From NCBI GenBank assembly GCA_014905635.1, contig CM026547.1, forward strand, positions 1 through 64,000: a stretch of DNA of 64,000 nucleotides, given 5' to 3'. Below the pieces are notes generated by a model. That model did no database searches, was not told where the DNA came from, and saw nothing but the letters and a program-made list of their open reading frames with translations. Source of the stretch: Scenedesmus sp. PABB004. Its lineage: Eukaryota. Shown piece by piece: positions 13,679 to 30,087 of this stretch (the first letter of the stretch is position 1; each line of letters opens with the position of its first letter). The position numbers and the translations under genes are program-made.

Positions 13679-14910
13679 ATGGCGTTCACCCTGCCCGACC
13701 TTCCCTACGCGCTGGACGCGCTGGAGCCGCACATGTCCAAGCAGACGCTCGAGTTCCACTGGGGTGAGCGCGCGGGCCGGCGGTGGGCGCGATGCGATCG
13801 CGCGGGCCGCTCCCCTGGCGCGACCGGGCCCCGCGAGGCCCGGGCGGCGCGGCACCGCGTCGGCGCCGTGATCCGCCCCCTCCGCGTCGCGGCGTGGCGG
13901 CGCGTGGCCGCCCGGCCGCGCCGGATTGCCCGGCGCGCGCGGCGCCGCTGCTGCTGCTGCTGTCGGCGGTCGCGCGCCGCCGCCGCGCTGTGCCGATGGC
14001 GCCGCTGCAAGCCCTCTGCAAGGCCAGCCGCTCACCGCTCCCCCACTCCCGCACAGGCAAGCACCACCGCGCGTACGTGGACAACATGAACAAGCAGCTC
14101 GCCGGCAGCAACCTCGCGGGCAAGGGCCTGGAGGAGATCATCAAGGCCAGCTGGAACGGCGGGTCGCCGGAGCCCGTGTTCAACAACGCCGCGCAGGTGT
14201 GGAACCACACCTTCTTCTGGGAGAGCATGAAGCCCAACGGCGGCGGCGCGCCCACGGGCAAGCTCGCCGACGCGATCAACGCCTCGTTCGGCAGCCTCGA
14301 CGAGTTCAAGACCCAGTTCAAGGCCGCGGGTGCGCCTACTGCGTGCGGGGCGCTGCGCGCGGGCCGCACCGCCGCCGGCACGCGGCTCACTGGCCGCCGC
14401 GGCGCGCAGGCGCCACGCAGTTTGGCTCCGGCTGGGCGTGGCTGGTGACGGACAAGGCGGGCAAGCTGACCATCGAGAAGACGCCCAACGCGGTCACGCC
14501 CATCGCGGAGGGCCGCACGCCCATCCTCACCATGGACGTCTGGTGCGCCGCGCGGGCGGGCGGGCAGCTGTGCGCGCGGGCGGGCCGCCGCCGCCGCCCG
14601 CGCAGCCCACGCCCCCCGCCCCCCCTGCCACGCCGTCCCCCTGCCACGCCGCCCCTGCCACCCCGCCCAGGGAGCACGCCTACTACCTGGACGTGCAGAA
14701 CAGGAGGTGCGGGGGCTCTCGCGCACGCGCACGCGCACGCGCACGCGCACGCGCACGCGCACGCGGCGCGCCGGCTGCCCGCCCGCGTGCGTGCGCCCAC
14801 GCGCGTGCGCTGCGCGTGGCGCCAGGCCCGACTACATGACCACCTTTGTGGACAAGCTCATCAACTGGGACGCCGTCGCCGCGCGACTGGAGGCGGCGAC
14901 GACCGCCTGA
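13679..14910 (+). CDS. FSD: Iron superoxide dismutase
   Basis: [50 protein letters not shown] (Fe-type AAQ), QFGSGWAWL and DVWEHAYY across 5 exons. Confidence 0.97.
14721..14765. repeat. (GCACGC)n hexamer microsatellite in the last Fe-SOD intron
   Basis: About seven tandem GCACGC units read directly. Confidence 0.9.
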
Positions 14911-15345
14911 CTGCCACGCACCACGCGCGGCGGCAGCCGGCTGTGACGCTCGCGCGTGGCGAGATGCGGCAGGGCGCGCGCGCGGGGCGCAGCGTGGGGG
15001 TCGACGCGCGGCTGGGTGTGCCCGGGCTGTGCAGCCTGGCCACTGCATCTGCATCGGTGCGTTGCGGCAACAGGGGTTGCGGTTGCAAGAGTTGAGTTTG
15101 AGCGAGCCCGCCGCCGGCCGCGAGCCAGCCAGCCAGCAGCCCCTCAGCCGCGACATGGCGGAGCTGGCAGCGGCCCGCACTCTAATACACGCCCGCCCGC
15201 CGCGCACCCGCGCGGGGGCCCGCGCTCCGGGCCCGATTGATACCGCGGTCAATGTCAAAAACAAACAACACCGCCCCTGATGGTACAGCCTCTCCCGCTT
15301 GTCTACACCGCGGCCGCACCGGCCTGCTGCGCCCCCGCCCAGCGC

Positions 15346-16934
15346 TCACAGCGCCGTCACGACCGCCGACGCGTAGCTGACGCTGCTGTCGCCCGGCGCA
15401 GTCGCCTTGCTGGACTGGTCGTAGCAGTTGAACTCGATGGAGAACCGCCGCGCGCTGGCCGACACCATCTGCGGCCACGCGCGCGCGCACACGCGTGTGG
15501 CCGCCCGGGCGCGCGGCGCTCCCGCGGGGTCGCCGCGCCGCGCCGCGCGCGCGTGGGGCGCACCTGCAGCAGCACCGCGATGGGGTGCCGCCCGCAGATG
15601 GTGTTGCGGTACGCGGCCAGGTAGGCGGTGAAGGCGGCGGGGTCGCCCCCCGCGATGGCCTCCATGCCGGCGCGGTCGAGCCACTCGATGTCGCCCCAGA
15701 TGGGGCCCCCCGACGCGCGCGTCCAGGTGTAGCGGAAGCGGCCGCCCCAGTGGCAAAAGTCGCTGCTCACGACAAACACGTTGCCCGGCGCGCCCAGGTA
15801 GGGCGCGAGCAGCCGGCCGTACGACGCCTCGCTGCAGGCCACGCGCACACGCACACGCGCACACCACGCGGCGGCGGCGGCGGACGCGGCGCGTTGGCCG
15901 CAGCCTCGGGAGCCCCGCGCGGTGCAGCGCGGCCCGGCGCGGCGCACCCCTCTGTGCTGAGCGCGCCGACCATGATGGGCACCAGCGTGAACGGCCGGCC
16001 CCTGCGCGCGGCGCGGCGGCCGGTGAGGCGGCGCGCGCGGCCGCGGCTGCAGGCGGCGCCGGCCGCGGGCGTGTGGCGCCCCGGGTGGCGCGGCTCACGC
16101 CATGATCTTGGCGATGTAGGGCGTGTGCAGCTCCAGGCTGTGCTCTGCCTGCGCGCGCGCGGGGCGCCACGCCGCGCTCGGCGGACGGCAGCCCGGAGCA
16201 CCGCGGCGGCGCCCGGCCTGCCCCGCCCCCTCCCCCTGCCCCGCCGCCTCCCCGCGCGCCTCGTCGGCGTCGAGGCTCATCGTCTCGAACGCGCCAGTCG
16301 CCCGCAGCTCCGCGTACACGCCCGCGTCGACCGCCAGCTTGCCTGCCGCGGCGCCGGGCGGCTGGAGCGGCGCCCGCGCGGGCGCCGCGCGCTGCCGCCT
16401 TCGCTGCCCGCCGCGCGCGCCCGCGCCCGCGCCGCGCACCGAGGGGCGTGCTGTACTCGGCCGCCGGCGACAGCATGCACTTGCGCGTCGCCAGGTAGTG
16501 CGAGGGGCCGAGCACAAACACGCGCAGCCTGCGCGCAGGGCGGGCGGGGGCGCGCCACCGTCGGCGGGCGCGCGCGACCGACCGGGGCGCCTCCGCGACG
16601 GCCGCGTCGCGGCGCAGCTCACACGCTGTCCGGCTTGATGTGCCTGTAGGCGTGGGCCATGACGTGGCCGCAGTAGGAGTAGCCGGCATGCCTGCGCGCG
16701 GCGGCGCCAGCGGTTGCGCGCCGCCCACCGCTTGCGGCGCAGCGGCCGCGCGGGGGCTGCAGCACTCGCGGTGCAGCGCCGCGTCACTCACGGTGCGATG
16801 ACGCCGGCCGCCCCAGGGCCGTCCGCGGGCCCGCCGGCCTTTGCCAGCCAGGCGTCGATCTGCTGCTCCAGCTTCGCCGGCTCGGCGGCGTACCAGGAGC
16901 TCGCGTGCGAGGGCGCACGCGACACCCGCGGCAT
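15346..16934 (-). CDS. MEMO1: MEMO1 / AmmeMemoRadiSam B family protein
   Basis: RAPSHASSWY, IAPHAGYSYCG, VFVLGPSH, EHSLELH, SSDFCHWG, NTICGRHPI and DSSVSYAS motifs in order. Confidence 0.96.
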
Positions 16935-17225
16935 GGTGCGCGCTCCCGCCGCACAGGAGCGCACTTGGAGCGCGGCAGGAGAGCGCGGCGCGCGCGGCAG
17001 CGGCGGCGGGGCGAGCAGCGCTGCCTCCGCCGCGCGGCCTGGGGCTGCGCGCGCTGTTTGATCGCCTCCCTCTGAGCGCTGGCGCCTGACGGGTGTGACA
17101 CCCAAACCCTAGGCCTGCACGCGCTGGCAGGAGTGTGCCGCAGCTGCGCGCGGCCAAGCAGTTGCACCGCCGGCACGACGCTCTCGCCAAAACCCCGGGC
17201 GCCCCGGGCGCTCGCGCGCCACGAA

Positions 17226-20200
17226 TCAGGGCATGTCAAAGTCGTCGTCGTCCTCGTCCATCGGCTGCGGCCCCGCCTTGACCGCGGCCGGCGCGGCGCC
17301 CGGCGGCGCCTGCGCGGGCGTGGGCGCGGTCGCCTCCGTGGCCGCCGAGCGCTGCGCCGCGCCAGCTGCCGCCGCCGCCGCCACCTGCTGCGCGGCGGCC
17401 GCCGCGGCCTGCTGGTGCTGCTGCTGCACGGCGGCGGCCGCGGCCTGCTGCTGCTGCTGCTGCTTCGCGCTCGCCGCGGCGGCGGCGGCGGCGGCGGCTT
17501 CTCGCTGCTGCTTGTGCGCCGCCTGCGCGGCCGCGCGCTTGGCCGCCGCCGCGGCCTGCTGCGCGGCGGCGGCCTCGGCCTTCTTGCGCTGCTCCGCCAC
17601 CGTCACGTGCTCGCTGGCCAGGGTCTTGATGCTCGCCTCGGCGGCGACGCGCTCGGCGTCGATGACGCCCGTCACGTTGGCGAGCAGGCGCTTCTTGGCC
17701 TCGACCTTGCGCTGCTGCGCGTCCACCAGGGCCACCATGAGCCGCTGGATCTCCCGCTCCTCCTGCTCCGCCAGCAGCTTGGCGCGCACCGCGGCGGCCG
17801 CCAGGCCCGCGCCCGTGGCCGCCAGCTGCAGCGCCCTGTCCAGCTTGCGCGCCGGGTCGGCGGACGCGCCGTTGCCCTCGCCGCCCTCGCCGCTGGGCTG
17901 CCGCTGCCGCTCCTGCTCCTGCTGGGCGCCCGGCCCCGCGGCGATGCGGCGCCCCGGCTGCAGGTCCTCCACGCCGCCGCCGCCGCCCTCCGCGAGCACC
18001 GCCAGGCCGCGCTGCGCGGCCGCGGCGGCCACGCGCGGCCCCATGAGCACCGCGAGCAGGCACACGGTGGAGAGCAGCGGGTTGGCCGCGTCCTCAAACG
18101 GCAGCACCACGCCCACCCCGCCGCACTCGGCGCTGCCGGCCCCGGGCTGGCCCGGCGCGCCCCAGTCGAGCAGGTCGCCCAGCAGCACGTCCTCCATGGG
18201 CAGCCGCGCAAAGTGGGTGAGGCACGCCGCCTCGCTGCGCGTGCCCACGTGCGCCGCGACGGCCGCCCAGTCGTCCTGGTGCTGCTCCACGCCCTCCAGC
18301 AGCCTGCGGGGCGGGGCGCGGAGCGGGGCGCGGGCGCGGGCGGGCAACGGGAGGGGTTGGGCGCTGCGCGGCGCGAGCGCCTCGCAAGGCCCGCGGGGCC
18401 GCCGCCCCGCGCGCCGTGCTGCCGCCGCCCCGCGCGCCGTGCTGCCGCCGCCCGCCCCGCGCGCCGCGCAGCCCGCCGCGGTGTGCCGCTCACAGCAGCG
18501 TCTCCTCTGGGCGCCAGCCGTCGGCGCTGGTCGCGCCCACGCTGCTGTCGACGCGCACGTAGTCCCGGCTGCTGCTGCCCGGCGGGAAGCGGCCCTCCGC
18601 GTACGCGGCGGGGCACAGCCGCACGTCCGGGTGCCGCGCGCAGCCATACCACCAGCCGCCCAGGCGCACCCAGGGCATGGCCGAGCACGTCAGCGGCCCC
18701 CGCTGCCGCCCGGCGGCGGTGGGCCCAGCTCGCCCGCACCGCGCCGGCCGTACGCGGGCATGGCCAGGCACCCCGGCGGCGCGCCACGCCCGTCGCCGCG
18801 CGGCGCGGACGCGACGCGGAAGTGCCCGCCCGACGCCGCTGCGGCGCTCGCCTCCAGGGCGCTGGGGTTCTGCGCGCGCGCGCGCGGCGGGCGCGACGGC
18901 CGCGGCGCTGGGCGCGCGGCGCGGCGCGGCGCACCCGGCTCGCGCTGGCCCGCGCGCCCGACCCCCGCCTCCCCCTCCCCGCGCGCCCGCCGCCGCACCC
19001 TGAAGTCGAAGAGGCAGGCGGTGCCGGGCGGCATGTCGCCGCTGACGCGCCCCGCGATGGGCAGGTGCGCCTGCCCCCGCGCGGCCGCGCCCGCCGCGAG
19101 GCCCGCGCCGCGCGGCGGCCGCCGCGGGTCGTGGTTGATGACGCCCCAGGCGACCAGAGCCTCATAGATGCGCATCAGGCCGTTCACCTCGCCCTCCAGC
19201 GCGGCGCGCACGTCGGCAAAGCGCAGCGCCCGCCCCGGCTGCGACGTGGCCATGACCACCATCGCGTCCCGCGCCGCCACGTACGACTGCGCCCGGCGCC
19301 GGCGCGCGCGGGGTGAGGGGGCGCGCAGGTGAGCAGGTGAGCAGGGCGCGCAGGTGAGCGGGGCGGGCAGCGCCGGCGGCGGCGGCGGCAGCGGCTGACG
19401 TGGGGGCGGCGCGCGCGGCGCGGCGCGCCTGCTCGTCCTTGCCCTCCCCGCCGCGGCCGTTGAAGTAGTCTGGCGCGTGCTGCCGCTCCAGCTCGTGCAC
19501 GGCGCCAAAGCGGAACCACGACGCGTACGCGGGCGCGACGTAGCCGCCGCCCCCGCCGGCGGCGCCGCGCGACGCGTCCTGCATGTCCGCGTCGCCGGCG
19601 GACTCGCCAGCAGCGCCTGCGGCTGGCGGGCCGTCGTCGCCCGGCGACGGCGGCCGGGCCTGGGCGGCTGCGCAGGGAGGTACGCCGCGAGGTGCACGTT
19701 GGTCTGACCCTGCACACACGCGGCAGCGCCAGCGCGGCGGTGCGGGTGTGAGGAGCCGCCCTGGCCCCTCCTCCCACCGTCGCCCGGCGCCCGCTGCTGC
19801 CCGCCCCCGCCCGCCTCGCCCCGGGCGCGGGCGCCACGCGCACGTGTGAGAGGTTCTCCACGCTGAGGCTCTTGGTGTCGCCCAGGCCCTTGTGCGGGGC
19901 CAGGAGCTTGCGCAGCACCGCGTTGGGGCCCAGCACCGCGAGCGGCTCAAACTCCACCTCGGGCGCGCCTGCGCGCGGAGCATGTGCGCGGGGCTGCGCT
20001 GCAGGCGGGCGCGCCGCCGCGCCCCCGCAGCACCAGCGCGCCGCTGCCGCCGCCCGCGCAAGCAAACCCGTGCCAGCCGCCCTGCGCCGGCGCCGCTGCG
20101 CACCGTCGGTCTTGGCCCTCTTGGCGGCGCCGCCCAGCAGCCCGCCACCGCGCTTGCCGCCCTGCGTGCGGGGAGCACGGCAGGGGGGCGGCGGCGGCGG

Positions 20201-21752
20201 CGGCGGCGCGCGCGCGCTGGGGCCCCGCCCGCCGCCCGTCCTGGGCGCGCCCGCGCCCCGGCCCCCGCGCCGCGCGCCCGCGGTCGCACCTCCCTGTCGG
20301 CCGCCTCCATCTCCGCGTCGGCGTCGCGCGTGGTGTAGTCGGCGGCGTTCATCCACTCGTTGAACTTCTCGCTGTCCACCACCCACCGCGGCGTGACCTT
20401 CCACACGCCCCGCGGCGGCGCCGCCTCCTTGACCACCTCCCGGCTCGCCACGCGCGACGCGGGGATCCACTCGTCGTAGCTGTCCGGCTGGTACCAGTAG
20501 TGCACGCGCACGTTGGACCCCCTGGCGCGGTCGACGCGCGGCGCGCACGCCGGGGGCGGGCGCTCAGCGCCCAGTGGCTGCAGCGCCCGGCGCGGCCGCC
20601 GCGCGCCCGCCGCGCCCCCCGCGCCGCACTTGGCCGCCACCACGGTCGTGTACTCCTGCCCGTCGTCGGGGTCGCCGCCGGGGCCAAACGGGTACACCAC
20701 ATGCGTCACGCCAGGCTCGTCTGCGCGGCGCCGGGCCGCGCGTCGCGCCGCGCACGCCGCGCGGGCGCCCGCCGCCGCCGCCAGGCGACGCCGGCAGCCC
20801 ACGCCGCGCGGCGGCCGTGCCGCGGCTCACCAGGCGACTCGGCGAGGGTGCCCTGCAGGCGGCGCACGTACTCGCGCAGCCGCTGCGTCTCGGGCCCCAG
20901 GCTGGGGTGCACGTGCACGCGCGGCACCGCCAGCAGCTTCCGCCGCTCCAGCTCGCGCCGCAGCGCGACCAGCACCTCCAGGCACTGGCGGCGGGGGCGC
21001 GGTCGTGGGCGCAGTCGTGGGCGCCGCCGCGACAGCCGCTGCAGCCGCAGCCGCCGCCGCCGCGGCCGCCGTCACCGCCCCCCCCCCCCCCCCGCCCCCC
21101 GAAACACACGCGCGCGCACACACCACCTCCCGCCACGCGCGCTGCACACCTCCTTGCGCTTGCCCGGGTTCTGCCAGTCGATGGCCTTGAGCCCGCGCGT
21201 GCGCTTGATTTCGTGCAGCTTCGCCGCGATCGCGTGCAGCCCGCCGTTGACGGCGGGGTCGGTGATGAGCTTGATGGGAAGCTTGGGGCACAGCCGCGGC
21301 GGCATCGCCTGCGGCGGGCGCGCCGGCAGAGGGCCCATCAGCAGCGGCAGCAGCGGCGGCGGCGCTCGACAACCGCGCTGCCTGGGTCGCCGCCGCCCAC
21401 GGGGTCCCCTGCTGGCGCGCCCCCCGCGTGCCCCGAGGCCCCACTCACGTCCCGGCCCAGCGCTGCCTCTTGGAAGTGCAGCAGCTGCACGAGCTGCACC
21501 ACCAGGCCCTTGGCATCGTACTTGGCGTCCGGCGCCTCGCTGGCCAGCACCGTGATGAGCGGTGCCAGGGAGCGGTAGTACTCCTCGTTCTGGGGCAGCG
21601 AGCCCGCGGTCAGCCCGCGCGCGCCGGCCAGGCGCCGGGGCCGCCCCATCGCATCAGCAGCAGGGCCGCTCGCGACGGCAGCCACCCAGCCGGCCCACCT
21701 GATAGTCCTTGGGGTGCACCTGGCCCCGGCGCGTCGGCTCAGGCAGCGCCAT
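17226..21752 (-). CDS. SWI3: SWI/SNF core subunit SWI3/SMARCC (N-terminal BRCT/chromo-like module, SWIRM, ZZ-like, SANT, coiled coil)
   Basis: SWIRM YVAPAYASWFRFGAVHELER...LMRIYEALVAWGVINH; SANT WRPEETLL.LLEGVEQHQDDWAAVAAHVGTRSEAACLTHFARLPMED; LPFEDAANPLLSTV; AAAVRAKLLAEQEEREIQRL; N-terminal VHYWYQPDSYDEW...WVVDSEKFNEWMN. Confidence 0.93.
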
Positions 21753-22095
21753 CGCGGCAGCGCGCAGCACCGCAGCAGCAGCACGTGCGGCGCGCCGCCG
21801 CTGCTCTCGCTCCCGGCCGGGCGCTGGCGGCGCGGCTGCCGCCGCGAGCGCTGTGAGCGCAGCTAGCCGCACAGGAGGGCGTTGGAGCGGCAGCGGTGGT
21901 GTCGCTTGTCGCGGCGGTTCAGCGAGCTGCGAACGGTGGCGACCAACGCCCGCGGCGTGCGGCGCCAGCTCCGGCCGGCCCGGGGGCTGGCTGCGCATCC
22001 TGCGGAGCGGCACGGGTTACCAGCGCCGCGCGGCGACCGGCCGGAACAACTGCTGCGGTATGCTTGCGAGCCAGCGCCCGACTTAGTGACGTCGA

Positions 22096-29216
<7,121 letters not shown>

Positions 29217-30087
29217 GCGCCGCGCCGTGCGCCGCCGGCGCGCGCCGCTGCCGCCGGCGGCGCTACTGCGGCGGCGTCATGCGCCTGCTGCGCCTCCTGC
29301 GGGCGGCGGAGCGCAGGGCCGCGGGGCAGCTGCTGAGAGGGGGCTGGGTCGCAGCGCCAACAGCAGCGGCGCTGCTGTCGCGCGGGCAGCGGCGCCGCCG
29401 GCGTGGGCGGCGGCGAGCCGCCTGGCGCCGCCGTCCTCCGAGGCAACAGCGCCGCAGCGCGCCCATGCGCGGCGCACCTGGCGCCGGCCAGGCGGGCGAG
29501 CGCGGGCGGGCAACAATCGAGAGAGCAGCAGCCTGCTCTCCCGCGCGCAATGCCGCCCGCTCCAAGCCCACGCCGCGGGCAGATGTCTGCCGCAATGCAC
29601 GCGACGCCCCGGAGCGGAGAGGAGCGAAGCCAGGAGCGGCAGGCGCGCGGCAGGTGAGTTTTGTTGCTGCCTGGCAGTGGCGGCGCGTGGAGCGATTGCC
29701 CAAGGCCTCGCGGCCGCGCGGAGACTGCGTGGACGCACTGAGCCTTCGCGACCGACGACCGGCGATGCCCCACGCGCTGCGCCGCTGGGTTCAGCGCAGC
29801 ACGTCACGCCGCGTCGCGCCGCCGCCGCGCGGGGGTGCTCGCGCCCCTATTACCACGCCGCCGCGGACGCCCCCATACCCCGGATTCTGTGCCGACGCCA
29901 GCGCGGTCATCCTGCGGGCGCTGCGCGCGCGGGGCGCCAGGCGGCCCCCAGCCGCGCCGACGGGCGGCCGACGCGGCGCCGCGCCTCGTTCAAGCCCTCC
30001 CTCCCTCCCTGCCGCGCGCAGCCAACGCATCTCTTCGCCTGCTGCCGCCGCCGCCGCCGCCGGCACAACCCAACAGGCCGGGGCGCC

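Noticed and set aside
21609..21660. Second C/D snoRNA in SWI3 intron 1 (TGATGC...CTGA)
   Set aside because: Too short, GC-rich with no recognisable guide, and the CTGAC is better explained as the branch point.
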